Positions 43,976 through 53,866 of a stretch of DNA of 64,000 nucleotides are shown piece by piece. The first letter of the stretch is position 1; each line of letters opens with the position of its first letter. The stretch comes from Paludibacteraceae bacterium (GTDB lineage Bacteria; Bacteroidota; Bacteroidia; Bacteroidales; Paludibacteraceae). The position numbers and the translations under genes are program-made. The stretch spans positions 79,066 through 143,065 of the forward strand of contig CAVFDI010000001.1 of NCBI GenBank assembly GCA_963621145.1. The letters run 5' to 3'. The notes beneath the pieces are model-generated. The model saw only the letters and a list, made by a program, of their open reading frames with translations, ran no database searches and was not told where the DNA came from.

Positions 43976-44728
43976 GTGGAATCGTATAAAAATCAAATCG
44001 ACATAGAAAAACTGCCTGCGCACATAGCCATAATAATGGACGGTAACGGGCGTTGGGCCAAGGAGCGTGGTCTGAGCCGATTGGTGGGGCACCAAAATGG
44101 TGTGGAGTCGGTGCGCAAAGTTACCGAAGCCGCTACCGAAATTGGCATAAAATATCTGACGCTCTACACTTTCAGCACCGAAAACTGGAACCGTCCGCAA
44201 GCCGAAGTGGACGCACTGATGGAACTTTTGGTGGAAAATATAGTGAAAGAGACGCCCACTTTCCACAAAAATAATGTGCGCCTCGAAGCCATTGGCGACC
44301 TCGAACGCATGCCCGCCAATGTGCTGGCGCGATTGCGTGCTTGCATTGCCGAAACCTCGGTGAATACTGGACTGACGCTGGTTTTGGCGCTCAGCTATTC
44401 GTCGCGCTGGGAACTGACCGACGCCATGCGCAAAATTGCCAAAAAAGTGGCAGCAGGCGAAATTTCTGCCGATGAAATAACGGAAGAGACCGTGTCGCGG
44501 CACTTAACCACGGCCGCCATTCCCGATCCCGATCTGCTCATTCGCACTAGCGGCGAAGTGAGAATAAGCAACTTCTTGCTGTGGCAAATTGCTTACAGCG
44601 AACTCTATTTCACGCCAACGCACTGGCCCGATTTTCGCGAAGAGGAGCTCTACAAAGCCATTGTGGACTATCAACATCGCGAACGCCGTTTTGGCAAGAC
44701 TAGCGAACAATTGGCAAACGACAAATGA
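43976..44728 (+). CDS. uppS: undecaprenyl diphosphate synthase (isoprenyl transferase)
   Basis: [27 protein letters not shown] and [27 protein letters not shown] start. Confidence 0.93.
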   Translation: MESYKNQIDIEKLPAHIAIIMDGNGRWAKERGLSRLVGHQNGVESVRKVTEAATEIGIKYLTLYTFSTENWNRPQAEVDALMELLVENIVKETPTFHKNNVRLEAIGDLERMPANVLARLRACIAETSVNTGLTLVLALSYSSRWELTDAMRKIAKKVAAGEISADEITEETVSRHLTTAAIPDPDLLIRTSGEVRISNFLLWQIAYSELYFTPTHWPDFREEELYKAIVDYQHRERRFGKTSEQLANDK

Positions 44729-47424
44729 TGCGCAAAAAAGCGACAAAATACGGAATTTTTCTGCTTGCAGTGGCATTTGGCTCGCTGCCCGTGGCGGCAC
44801 AGACCGCGGTTGACAGCACGCTGGCTGCTCAGCCCGACACGCTTTTTGCCATTCAAGCCGACTCTATTGCCGACGATTCGCTGGCATCGCTTCCGCTGGC
44901 CGCCAAACCTGTGGTAGATTACAGCATGACTGCGCAAGAGTACACCATTGCCGACATTCGCGTGACTGGCACCGACACCTACGAGGATTTTGTGATTATT
45001 GGTTTTTCGGGCTTGACAAAAGGTCAGAAAATAAAAGTGCCTGGCAACGAAATAAGCAGTGCCGTGAAACGCTTTTGGAAACAAGGCTATTTCTCGGATG
45101 TGAAAATTCTTGCCGACAAAATCGAAGGCGATAAAATCTGGCTCGAAATTGCGCTGAAACAGCGTCCGCGCATTTCGCAAGTGAATTACTACGGACTGAA
45201 AAAATCGGAAGAGGAAGATGTTGCGCCCAAAGTGGAACTCAGTCGCGGCAGCCAAATTACACCCGACCTTATCGATCGTGCCAAAATAGCCATTCAGAAA
45301 GCCATGGCCGCCAAAGGTTACCACAATGCCGCCGTGGTGATTTATCAGAAGCCCGATCCTGCACAGCCGGGCTCGGTTATTTTGGATATCAATGTCGATA
45401 AAAAATCGAAAGTGAGAGTTCACGAAATCTATGTCGAAGGCAACAAAGCGCTGTCGCTCAACAAGATAGATTTGGCGATGAAGAAGACCAATCGCCCGAA
45501 AAACATTCTCACGCTTTTCCGAAGCAAAAAATTCATCGCTTCCGAATTTGAAAACGATAAAAAATTGCTCATCGAAAAATACAACGAAATTGGCTATCGC
45601 GATGCGGTGATAACCTACGACAGCGTGGGCAAATACGACGAAAATCATGTAGACGTGTACCTCACCATCGACGAGGGTAAAAAATACTATTTTCGCAATA
45701 TCACTTGGGCAGGAAACACTGTCTATCCGAGCGAATATCTGAGCCGTGTGCTGGGCATTCATCGTGGCGATGTGTACAATTTGAAGCAACTGAACAAACG
45801 CTTGAGCGAAGACGACGATGCCGTGTCGAAACTCTATCAGGACAATGGCTACCTGTTTTTCAACCTCGACCCTGTGGAGATAAACATCGAAGGCGACAGC
45901 ATCGACTACGAAATGCGCATCTACGAGGGCAAACAAGCCACCATCAACAACATCACAATCAAGGGCAACACGCGGCTCTACGAGCATGTCATTCGTCGTG
46001 AATTGCGCATTAAGCCTGGCAATCTCTACAGTCAGTCCGACCTTGTGCGTACGCTGCGCGAATTGGCACAAATGAAGCAGTTCGACGAAGAAAAACTTTT
46101 CTCGGGCATCGATATTCAGCCAAATCCTGAAGATGGCACGGTAGATATAGGATTAAATCTCGAAACAAAATCGAGCGACCAAATCGAATTTTCGGCTGGC
46201 TACGGACAGTCGGGCGTGGTGCTGTCGCTGTCGCTCAAATTCACCAACTTTGCCATTCAAAACCTTTTCAAAAAGGAGATGTACCGCATTTTGCCACAAG
46301 GCGAAGGTCAAACCCTAAGTCTGCGTGCGCAAACCAACGGCATTTATTACCAAAACTATGGCATCTCGTTCTACGAACCGTGGCTCGGCGGCAAACGACC
46401 AAATTCGCTCTCGGTGAGCGTCTATTACTCCATTCAAACGGGCTACAGCAAACGTTTTGCGCAAAACTATAGCAACTACATCAACAACTATTACAACAAC
46501 AACTACGGCTACAACTACGGCTCGAGTTATTACAACAATTACTACTCTGGCGCATCGGAATACGACCGCAATGTGTATCTGCGCACATTGGGCATTTCGG
46601 TGGGCATTGGCACGCGTCTGAACTGGCCCGACGACTATTTCAGCCTCTACACCGAACTGTCGTATCAACGCTATCACCTGAAAGATTGGTCGTATTCGTA
46701 CCTGTTTGCGGGTCTTACCAATGCCGTGTCGAACAACTTGGCAATTGGCATCACATGGTCGCGCAACTCCATTTTTAACCCGATTTACACGCGCCGTGGC
46801 TCGTCGTTTGCGCTGTCGGTGAAAGCTACTTTCCCGTACTCGTTGGTCGATGGCAAAGACTACAGCACCGTGCCGCTCGAGGAGCAGGTAAAATTGCTCG
46901 AATATCACAAATGGAAATTTACCGCCAAGATGTTTACTCCGCTCACCCACGACGAAAAACTTGTGTTGATGACGCGCGCCGAATACGGATTCCTTGGCTA
47001 TTACAACAAAAATAAACGCTCGCCGTTCGAGAAATTCACCCTTGGTGGCGATGGCATGTCGGGCTACACCACGGCTGGCACCGAAACGGTGGGTTTGCGT
47101 GGCTACGAAAATCTATCGCTCACGCCAAGCGACAAAAATGGTTACTACGACGGCAACCTCTACACGCGCTTGACCATGGAGTTGCGCTATCCAATCTTGC
47201 TGAAAGGACAAACCAACATTTGGGCACTTGCGTTTGTCGAGGCTGGTAACTGCTGGAGCGAGTTCAAAGACTTCAATCCATTCGACCTGAAACGCTCGGC
47301 TGGCGTGGGTGTGCGTGTCTACTTGCCAATGTTCGGCTTGCTGGGCGTCGATTGGGGCTACGGCTTCGACGACTCGACTAACGGCGGCAGTCAGTTCCAC
47401 TTTGTGCTCGGACAAGAGTTTTAA
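44725..47424 (+). CDS. bamA: outer membrane protein assembly factor BamA
   Basis: Signal peptide, a POTRA-repeat N-terminal half and a C-terminal barrel ending ...[17 protein letters not shown] overlap with uppS. Confidence 0.93.
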   Translation: MMRKKATKYGIFLLAVAFGSLPVAAQTAVDSTLAAQPDTLFAIQADSIADDSLASLPLAAKPVVDYSMTAQEYTIADIRVTGTDTYEDFVIIGFSGLTKGQKIKVPGNEISSAVKRFWKQGYFSDVKILADKIEGDKIWLEIALKQRPRISQVNYYGLKKSEEEDVAPKVELSRGSQITPDLIDRAKIAIQKAMAAKGYHNAAVVIYQKPDPAQPGSVILDINVDKKSKVRVHEIYVEGNKALSLNKIDLAMKKTNRPKNILTLFRSKKFIASEFENDKKLLIEKYNEIGYRDAVITYDSVGKYDENHVDVYLTIDEGKKYYFRNITWAGNTVYPSEYLSRVLGIHRGDVYNLKQLNKRLSEDDDAVSKLYQDNGYLFFNLDPVEINIEGDSIDYEMRIYEGKQATINNITIKGNTRLYEHVIRRELRIKPGNLYSQSDLVRTLRELAQMKQFDEEKLFSGIDIQPNPEDGTVDIGLNLETKSSDQIEFSAGYGQSGVVLSLSLKFTNFAIQNLFKKEMYRILPQGEGQTLSLRAQTNGIYYQNYGISFYEPWLGGKRPNSLSVSVYYSIQTGYSKRFAQNYSNYINNYYNNNYGYNYGSSYYNNYYSGASEYDRNVYLRTLGISVGIGTRLNWPDDYFSLYTELSYQRYHLKDWSYSYLFAGLTNAVSNNLAIGITWSRNSIFNPIYTRRGSSFALSVKATFPYSLVDGKDYSTVPLEEQVKLLEYHKWKFTAKMFTPLTHDEKLVLMTRAEYGFLGYYNKNKRSPFEKFTLGGDGMSGYTTAGTETVGLRGYENLSLTPSDKNGYYDGNLYTRLTMELRYPILLKGQTNIWALAFVEAGNCWSEFKDFNPFDLKRSAGVGVRVYLPMFGLLGVDWGYGFDDSTNGGSQFHFVLGQEF

Positions 47425-47486
47425 GTGAGAGCAAAGAGCATGGAACAAAGAGCATAGATTTTTTGGTACAAGATTTGCACCTCCTA

Positions 47487-47518
47487 ATTTGAAATTTGAA
47501 ATTTGAAATCTGAAATCT
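47487..47518 (+). repeat. heptad tract (GAAAT[TC]T)n upstream of the ompH ATG
   Basis: ATTTGAA ATTTGAA ATTTGAA ATCTGAA ATCT. It ends 8 nt before ATG 47527. Confidence 0.85.
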
Positions 47519-47526
47519 ATACGACT

Positions 47527-48042
47527 ATGAAAAAAATTGCCTTAACACTTGCATTGGCGCTTGGCGTAACATTCGTTGCAAGCGCGCAGAAATTCGCTTT
47601 GGTCGACATGGACTACATTCTGAAAGCCATCCCAGCCTACGAAACTGCCAACGAACAACTCGATCAACTATCGAAAAAATGGCAGAAAGAGGTGGAAGCC
47701 AAAATCAGCGAAACTCAAGCACTCTACAAAAACTACCAGACCGAACTCGTGTTCCTTTCGGACGAAATGAAAGCCCAGCGCGAAGCCGAAGTGGTAGCAA
47801 AAGAGAAAGAAGCTAACGAACTGAAACGCAAATACTTTGGTGTAGATGGCGAACTCTACAAAAAGCGCGAAAGTCTGATGAAACCAATTCACGAAGAGAT
47901 TTTCACTGCGGTGCAAGCCGTTGCTACAGAAAAAGGCTACCAACTCATCATCGACAAATCGTCGGATATGAGCCTTGTGTTTGCCGCTCCAAAAATTGAC
48001 GTGAGCGACGAAGTACTCGAAAAACTCGGTTATTCCAAATAA
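47527..48042 (+). CDS. OmpH/Skp-family periplasmic chaperone
   Basis: ORF trimmed to MKKIALTLALALGVTFVASAQ. Coiled-coil-rich and ~170 aa. The position after bamA is typical. Confidence 0.85.
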   Translation: MKKIALTLALALGVTFVASAQKFALVDMDYILKAIPAYETANEQLDQLSKKWQKEVEAKISETQALYKNYQTELVFLSDEMKAQREAEVVAKEKEANELKRKYFGVDGELYKKRESLMKPIHEEIFTAVQAVATEKGYQLIIDKSSDMSLVFAAPKIDVSDEVLEKLGYSK

Positions 48043-48082
48043 AATCACTAATTTTGCAAATCAATAAAAACAGATCAAAAAA

Positions 48083-48583
48083 ATGAAAAAATTAGCACTT
48101 ATCATCGCTGCCATCGTGCCAATGATGGCTTTCGCACAAGAGATTAAAATAGGCTACGTCAACACCAACGAGGTGATGATGCTGATGCCCGAAATCAGCG
48201 ACATAGAAAAACAGATGGCCGATTTCAACGAACAAAACGGTAAATATCTGCAAGACATGCAAACCGAGTTTCAGACCAAATACAAAGCCTACGAGGCCGA
48301 AAAAGCCAATCTTTCGGAGTCCATTCGTGCGGCTCGCGAGGAGGAACTCTACAGCATGCAGGAACGCATTCAAACTACTTATCAAACACTGCAACAAGAG
48401 TCGCAAACCAAACAACAGGATTTGCTGAAACCCATTCAAGAAAAATTGATGAAGGCCATCGAAACGGTGGGTCAGAAAAACAATTTCTTCCTTATCCTCG
48501 AGTCGCAGGCTGGGTTGCTCTACAAATCGCCCAAAGCCGTTGACGCAACTCCACTGGTAAAAAAAGAACTCGGAATTATCTAA
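48083..48583 (+). CDS. OmpH/Skp-family periplasmic chaperone (second paralog)
   Basis: Signal peptide MKKLALIIAAIVPMMAFAQ, IGYVNTNEVMMLMPE, Gln/Glu-rich coiled coil. Confidence 0.85.
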   Translation: MKKLALIIAAIVPMMAFAQEIKIGYVNTNEVMMLMPEISDIEKQMADFNEQNGKYLQDMQTEFQTKYKAYEAEKANLSESIRAAREEELYSMQERIQTTYQTLQQESQTKQQDLLKPIQEKLMKAIETVGQKNNFFLILESQAGLLYKSPKAVDATPLVKKELGII

Positions 48584-48650
48584 AAAAGTTAGAAATGAGG
48601 AGTGTTCGCACAAATAATGGTTAGTGCGGTCATTCTGGAAAAAATAGTAA

Positions 48651-48682
48651 AAAAGAGGCTGCCGTTGGGTCGTCTCTTTTTT
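48651..48682 (+). terminator. hairpin plus T-run after the second ompH
   Basis: aaaagaggc / gtctctttt stem (one G-U pair) running into TTTTTT. Confidence 0.55.
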
Positions 48683-48699
48683 ATTTCGAAAAAATGTTG

Positions 48700-48707
48700 T
48701 ATTTTTG
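48700..48707 (+). promoter_or_regulatory. -7 box TATTTTTG for the third ompH-like gene and murI
   Basis: Consensus box 66 nt upstream of ATG 48773. Confidence 0.5.
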
Positions 48708-48735
48708 TGGATTGATTGTTTCTTTATGGGCTTTA

Positions 48736-48768
48736 TTAACCTTTAACCTTAAACTTGAAACCTGAAAC
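48736..48768 (+). repeat. heptad-like tract TTAACCT TTAACCT TAAACTT GAAACCT GAAAC
   Basis: Ends 5 nt before ATG 48773. It shares CTTTAACCTT and AACCTGAAAC with 50089..50116. Confidence 0.75.
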
Positions 48769-48772
48769 ATTT

Positions 48773-49285
48773 ATGAATCGTATATTTTTTGTGCTTTCGC
48801 TTTTTCTCGCCACTTCGCTCGCTGTCTTGGCGCAGGACACGCTGCGCATTGGCTACATCGATTTTGAACTGACGCTTGCCGAAATGGACAGTTACACGCA
48901 GGCTGAGAGTGTGGTAGACGAACTTGCTGCCAACTACGAGGCTGAATATGCCCGCATGGAGACCGAATATAACGCCAAAGTGAAAGATTATGTGCAGAAC
49001 AGCAAGACGCTGAGCGAGCCGATAAAACTTGCGCGTCAGGCCGAAATTACCGAATGCGAAGATCGTATGGATCTGTTCAAGCAGCGCTACACCAGCGATA
49101 TTGCGCGTCAGCGCGAGGCACTTTTGCAACCATTGCGCGATACATTGGCTGCCGCCATTCGCAGTGTGGCCGAAACGCAACACATCGCTCTAGTGCTCGA
49201 CGGGCGCACGCCGCTCTATGTCTCGGGGCTTTGCATCGATATGACTGATGCCGTGAAAGCGTTGCTAAAATCATCGGAAAAATGA
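48773..49285 (+). CDS. OmpH-like protein (third paralog)
   Basis: ORF trimmed to MNRIFFVLSLFLATSLAVLAQ. IGYIDFELTLAEM start and coiled-coil middle. ATGA overlap with murI. Confidence 0.6.
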   Translation: MNRIFFVLSLFLATSLAVLAQDTLRIGYIDFELTLAEMDSYTQAESVVDELAANYEAEYARMETEYNAKVKDYVQNSKTLSEPIKLARQAEITECEDRMDLFKQRYTSDIARQREALLQPLRDTLAAAIRSVAETQHIALVLDGRTPLYVSGLCIDMTDAVKALLKSSEK

Positions 49286-50094
49286 AAATTGGTGTTTTCG
49301 ATAGTGGCTTTGGTGGACTGACAATTTTGGAGAAAATTCGTCGTCGCTTGCCGCAGTACGACTATATTTTTCTGGGCGACAATGCCCGCACGCCTTATGG
49401 TACGCGCTCGTTCGAGACGGTCTACGCCTACACGCTGCAGTGTGTCGAGAAACTTTTTGCCATGGATTGCCAAATGGTTATTTTGGCTTGCAACACGGCA
49501 TCGGCCGAGGCTTTGCGCACCATTCAGCAAAACGATTTGCCGCACATTGCGCCCGAGCGCAGAGTTTTGGGCGTCATTCGTCCGACCGTGGAGGCTGTGG
49601 GCGACCTTACGCAATCGCGCGTGGTGGGACTGCTTGCCACCGAAGCCACAGTGCGTTCGAATTCTTATCCGCTCGAAATTGCCAAACTTTTTCCCGATAT
49701 CGAAGTGGTGAGCCAAGCCTGTCCCATGTGGGTGCCGCTCATCGAAAATGGCGAACATACGAGCGCAGGAGCCGACTATTTTGTGCAGAAATATATCGAC
49801 AAACTGATGGCGCAAAACAGCCGCATCGATACGCTGATACTCGGCTGCACGCACTATCCGCTGATGATCGAAAAAATACGCCATTTTGCCCCGCAAGACG
49901 TGCGCATAGTGGTTCAAGGCGATATTGTGGCAGAGAGTCTGGCCGACTATTTGAAACGCCACCCAGAGCAGGAAATTCATTGCTCGAAAGGCGGTACAGT
50001 GCGCTATCTCACAACCGAATCGGCCGAAAAATTCCAATCGTCTGCCTCAATTTTTCTGAAAGAGAAAATTTTTGCCGAAAAAATCGAACTTTAA
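49282..50094 (+). CDS. murI: glutamate racemase
   Basis: IGVFDSGFGGLT, ACNTASAEAL and LGCTHYPLM catalytic-Cys motifs. Confidence 0.93.
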   Translation: MKIGVFDSGFGGLTILEKIRRRLPQYDYIFLGDNARTPYGTRSFETVYAYTLQCVEKLFAMDCQMVILACNTASAEALRTIQQNDLPHIAPERRVLGVIRPTVEAVGDLTQSRVVGLLATEATVRSNSYPLEIAKLFPDIEVVSQACPMWVPLIENGEHTSAGADYFVQKYIDKLMAQNSRIDTLILGCTHYPLMIEKIRHFAPQDVRIVVQGDIVAESLADYLKRHPEQEIHCSKGGTVRYLTTESAEKFQSSASIFLKEKIFAEKIEL

Positions 50095-50132
50095 CCTTCT
50101 ACTTTTAACCTGAAACTTGATACTTTTTTACT

Positions 50133-50900
50133 ATGGAACTTAACCTAAAACGCCCGCTGGTGTTTCTCGATCTCGAAACCACTGGCACCAACGCAAGCAA
50201 AGATCGCATTGTGGAGATTTCGTACCTGAAAATCTTCCCCGATGGTCATCGCGAGAGCAAAAACATGCGCATCAACCCCGAATGCCACATTCCCGAAGGG
50301 TCGACCGAAGTGCATGGCATTACCGACCAAGATGTGGCAAACAGCCCGAAATTCAAAGAGGTGGCGCGCACTGTGGCGCAGGATCTGCAGGGTAGCGACA
50401 TTGCTGGCTTCAACTCGAACCGATTCGATATTCCGCTGCTGGCCGAAGAGTTTGAGCGTGCCCAAGTAGACATCGACCTGAAAAAACGCCATTTCATCGA
50501 TGTGCAGACCATTTTTCACAAGATGGAACCACGCACGCTGGTGGCTGCTTACAAATTCTATTGCGGCAAATCGCTCGAAAATGCACACGCTGCCGCCGCT
50601 GATGCCGAAGCCACTTACGAGGTTCTGAAGGCGCAACTCGATCGCTATCCAGAGTTGCAAAACGATGTCGATTTCTTGGAAAAATTCACCGCATTCACTC
50701 GCTCGGCCGACTTTGCTGGCGTGATTGTGTACAACGACAAGAACGAGGAGGTTTTCAACCTTGGCAAACACAAAGGCGAGCGCGTGGAAGATGTGCTGGT
50801 TAACGACCCAGGCTACTACAGCTGGATGATGAACGCCGATTTTACACAGTATACCAAGCGTGTGCTGACGCAGATAAAGCTCCGCACCAGAGATAAGTGA
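50133..50900 (+). CDS. DnaQ-like 3'-5' exonuclease
   Basis: ExoI VFLDLETTG, ExoII GFNSNRFDIPLL and ExoIII HAAAADAEATYEV. Confidence 0.85.
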   Translation: MELNLKRPLVFLDLETTGTNASKDRIVEISYLKIFPDGHRESKNMRINPECHIPEGSTEVHGITDQDVANSPKFKEVARTVAQDLQGSDIAGFNSNRFDIPLLAEEFERAQVDIDLKKRHFIDVQTIFHKMEPRTLVAAYKFYCGKSLENAHAAAADAEATYEVLKAQLDRYPELQNDVDFLEKFTAFTRSADFAGVIVYNDKNEEVFNLGKHKGERVEDVLVNDPGYYSWMMNADFTQYTKRVLTQIKLRTRDK

Positions 50901-50921
50901 GTCTGACGGTGGAATGCCAGA

Positions 50922-52070
50922 TCAAATAAGGAAATCGAGCCAGTTTTCTGGCGTTACCACATGTGTTTCCTTTATTTGGTATGCATTTACGAAAGTACTC
51001 GGAATGGTGGCGTTGGCTTTCTTGGCATTCCATTTCATTTCGAAAGCGGTCATTGTGCCATCTGCTTCCTCTATGTAATCAATCTCTTGTTGCTGCGTGG
51101 TGCGCCAAAAATACATGTTCACATAGTGCCCACTATAGTGATTGTATTTCATGCGCTCGCTAATGAAGAAATTCTCCCACAAAGCGCCATTATCTTGACG
51201 AATTGATAGTGGGTTGAGATTGTGTATTAGCGCATTGCGTATTCCGTTGTCGTAAAAATAAATCTTGCGGCTCTTTTTCAGTTCAGTTCGCACGTTACGA
51301 CTCAAAGCCGATAGGCGGAATACTACAAAACATTTTTCGAGCAAATCGATGTACTTTTCCACCGTTCGACTGTCGGTGCCAATGGTTTGTGCCAACTCGT
51401 TGTACGACACTTCGCTGCCAACTTGCAATGCCAACGCCACAAGCAATTTTTCGAGCATCACAGGTTTGCGAATGCCCTCCATCGAGAGCAAATCTTGGTA
51501 CATATAACTGCTCGAAAGGTTCATCAAAAGTTCTTTTGCATCGCCTGCATTGCAAACCACGTCGGGATATGAGCCGTAAATCAGTCGTGTCTCGAGCGTA
51601 CTTTTTACGCGAATTAAGCCACCATTTTCATACAATTCTGCCGTCGAAATTGGGTAAAGATGATATTCGAATTTACGTCCTGTGAGTGGTTCGTTCAGTT
51701 GTCCCTGTAGCAGTAGCGATGATGAGCCAGTAACCAATAATTGCACATCGCGAAAATTGTCGGTTAGCAATTTAAGCGTCATTCCAATGCCAGCAATGCG
51801 CTGTGCCTCGTCTATCAGCACAATGCGTTTGTTGTGAACAAGGTACGCCAGTTGGTCAAGGTTTGGATTGGTAAGCGCAAGACGCACCTCGGGATCGTCG
51901 CAATCGAGCGTAAGAATTTGCTCTGAAGTACACGGTAGGTCGCTTTCGGCGAGCACTTGACGAAATAGTGTCGATTTCCCCACTTGTCGTGCGCCGATAA
52001 GTACAATGGCTTTTCCAGCGAATAGGCGGTTGTGAATAACCGATTGCAGTTGTCTGTGAATCAAATCCAT
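50922..52070 (-). CDS. AAA+ ATPase of the AAA_14/DUF4143 type
   Basis: Walker A GARQVGKSTL, Walker B VLIDEAQ and a winged-helix/DUF4143-like C-terminal half. Confidence 0.85.
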   Translation of the reverse strand: MDLIHRQLQSVIHNRLFAGKAIVLIGARQVGKSTLFRQVLAESDLPCTSEQILTLDCDDPEVRLALTNPNLDQLAYLVHNKRIVLIDEAQRIAGIGMTLKLLTDNFRDVQLLVTGSSSLLLQGQLNEPLTGRKFEYHLYPISTAELYENGGLIRVKSTLETRLIYGSYPDVVCNAGDAKELLMNLSSSYMYQDLLSMEGIRKPVMLEKLLVALALQVGSEVSYNELAQTIGTDSRTVEKYIDLLEKCFVVFRLSALSRNVRTELKKSRKIYFYDNGIRNALIHNLNPLSIRQDNGALWENFFISERMKYNHYSGHYVNMYFWRTTQQQEIDYIEEADGTMTAFEMKWNAKKANATIPSTFVNAYQIKETHVVTPENWLDFLI

Positions 52071-52090
52071 GGCCTGATATTTTTACCCTG

Positions 52091-52098
52091 CAAAATTA
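52091..52098 (-). promoter_or_regulatory. -7 box (TAATTTTG on minus strand)
   Basis: Plus-strand caaaatta, 21 nt upstream of ATG 52070. Confidence 0.5.
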
Positions 52099-52111
52099 CA
52101 AAAAAAATCGC

Positions 52112-52144
52112 TAATCCAAAAAAATAGCCTGATTTTTTGGATTA
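52112..52144. terminator. perfect 12-bp hairpin between the tandem ATPase genes
   Basis: taatccaaaaaa / ttttttggatta with a 9-nt loop. A second hairpin, aatgcaaaaa / tttttgcatt (52146..52176), overlaps the upstream stop. Confidence 0.55.
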
Positions 52145-52174
52145 TAATGCAAAAAGTTAGTGCGATTTTTTGCA

Positions 52175-53527
52175 TTAGGGGCGATTTTGTGCGTTTGTTT
52201 GGTTGTGTGGAAACTCTTTAATTTTTTCTGAAAGGAACTCGCGCACTGCAAACAGCGGAACATTTTCCATCCAATCTTGGTCGTCGAAACCAAGCATCGA
52301 AAAACGCACGCCTTTCAGGTGATATTGTGCAAAATCGTTTTTTATAAATGCCGCCAACGATTTCGATTTCACATTTATCTCGGCTTTCACCTCTATCGGT
52401 ATTATGCCATTTGTGGCTTGAACCATAAAATCGATTTCTTGCGTCGAATTCTCTTTGCTGTAGTAGTAGATGGGCAGATCGGGAACGACTTTCATCTGTT
52501 GCAGCACATAATTTTCGGTGAATGCGCCTTTGTATTCGCTGAAAACATTGTCGCCAATCAGAATTTGTGCAGGTGGTGTTTCGGTGAGTGCACCGAGTAG
52601 TCCCACATCGAGCAGATAGAGTTTGAATGCATTGAAGTCGGCATAAAATTTCAGCGGAATTTTGGCATCTTTTGTTCGTTCTACTTTATGCACCAATCCT
52701 GCGTCGATGAGCCATTGAATGGCAATCTCAAATTCTTTTGCTCGCGCACCCTTTTTTATCGCCCCGTAGATGAATTTCTTGTTTTCGCGCGCCAATTGTG
52801 CGGGGATTGACTGCCACACCATTCTCACTCGTTGTGTCTGCTCGCCAGTGTGTTTGCTGATGTCGGCTTCGTAGGCTGCCAAAATGTTTCGCTGTATGCG
52901 ACGAACCGCTTGTGGATTGTGATTTTGGCTAAAATGCAGCACTGCTTCGGGCATTCCGCCAACAAAATAGTATTCTCGAAGATATTCGATGAATTTGCTT
53001 GAAAGGCTGTTAATCAGCATTCTATCGCCTCTTCGCAGTAAGCCGACTAGCCGCTCTTCGCCGTTTGCTTGCAGAAATTCTTCGAAGGTCATAGGGTAGA
53101 GATGCACAATGTCGACCTTGCCAACTGGGAACGATTCGCCTTTCATATTCGTCACACCAAGCAACGAACCTGCCACCACAATGTGCAATGCTGGTCTCTC
53201 TTCGTAGAAGTATTTCAATGCCGAAAGCACCGCTGGAATCTCTTGCACCTCGTCGAAAAACAGAAGTGTTCGCCCTTGGATTATTGTCTTTTTCGAGAAT
53301 GCCGAAAGTCCAATTAAAATTCTATCGATGTCGACATCGCCTTGAAAAAGTCGTGAAATCACCTCGTTTTTGTAGCAGTTGATGTAGACAAAATTGTCGA
53401 ATTCCTGTTCGCCGAACTGCCTAAGAATGTAAGTTTTCCCTACTTGCCGTGCGCCGTACATTATGAGAGGTTTTCTGTTCCTTTGTAACTTCCACATTTT
53501 TAGCGCATTGTAGATTTCTCTTTTCAT
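52175..53527 (-). CDS. AAA+ ATPase with DUF4143-like C-terminal domain
   Basis: ORF trimmed to MKREIYNALKMWK (ATG 53527). Has Walker A GARQVGKTYIL and Walker B LLFFDEVQ. Confidence 0.85.
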   Translation of the reverse strand: MKREIYNALKMWKLQRNRKPLIMYGARQVGKTYILRQFGEQEFDNFVYINCYKNEVISRLFQGDVDIDRILIGLSAFSKKTIIQGRTLLFFDEVQEIPAVLSALKYFYEERPALHIVVAGSLLGVTNMKGESFPVGKVDIVHLYPMTFEEFLQANGEERLVGLLRRGDRMLINSLSSKFIEYLREYYFVGGMPEAVLHFSQNHNPQAVRRIQRNILAAYEADISKHTGEQTQRVRMVWQSIPAQLARENKKFIYGAIKKGARAKEFEIAIQWLIDAGLVHKVERTKDAKIPLKFYADFNAFKLYLLDVGLLGALTETPPAQILIGDNVFSEYKGAFTENYVLQQMKVVPDLPIYYYSKENSTQEIDFMVQATNGIIPIEVKAEINVKSKSLAAFIKNDFAQYHLKGVRFSMLGFDDQDWMENVPLFAVREFLSEKIKEFPHNQTNAQNRP

Positions 53528-53533
53528 GCTAAT

Positions 53534-53620
53534 TACATTTTTATGAGGGAATAATTGTCTTCTGATTACACTTTTATGTGGGAATAACCGCTGCAAAGAT
53601 ACATTTTTATGTGGGAATGA
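53534..53620 (-). promoter_or_regulatory. three 21-bp direct repeats phased 33 bp apart (53534..53554, 53567..53587, 53600..53620)
   Basis: Plus strand: tacatttttatgagggaataa, tacacttttatgtgggaataa, tacatttttatgtgggaatga. Sense-strand consensus TYATTCCCWCATAAAARTGTA. Confidence 0.8.
53594..53601 (-). promoter_or_regulatory. -7 box (TATCTTTG on minus strand) between repeats 2 and 3
   Basis: Plus-strand caaagata, 67 nt upstream of ATG 53527. Confidence 0.55.
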
Positions 53621-53766
53621 GCAAATAATTATGGAATTAATTCTTGCAACTCACTATTCGCATCTTGCAACTAATTAGAAATTTTCTTGAAAAAAGTTTG
53701 GTTGGTTCAAAATTATGCGTCATCTTTGCAACCGTTATGATGGCAATAACCAATGCACATATTATA

Positions 53767-53856
53767 ATGCGTGGCACGAAGATTTTGGCGCTTGGCGTGA
53801 TTGCTATTCTGCTGATTGCTCTTATCGGTGGACTAGTTTTCAAAATGTTTGCCTAA
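53767..53856 (+). CDS. possible small single-pass membrane protein (29 aa, or 39 aa from ATG 53737)
   Basis: MRGTKILALGVIAILLIALIGGLVFKMFA. A near-consensus box CATCTTTG lies at 53721..53728. Weak call. Confidence 0.3.
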   Translation: MRGTKILALGVIAILLIALIGGLVFKMFA

Positions 53857-53866
53857 GAGTACCCTT

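Noticed and set aside
44671-46071. 466-aa ORF antisense to bamA.
   Set aside because: It has no recognisable motifs and lies entirely within a confidently assigned gene.
47487-47518. Heptad tracts and the giant-gene module array, considered as CRISPR arrays or simple-sequence assembly artefacts.
   Set aside because: The period is 7 nt with no unique spacers, so they are not CRISPR. The giant-gene modules are protein-level repeats with diverged DNA and an intact 21.7-kb reading frame, so they are not a collapsed or artefactual repeat.
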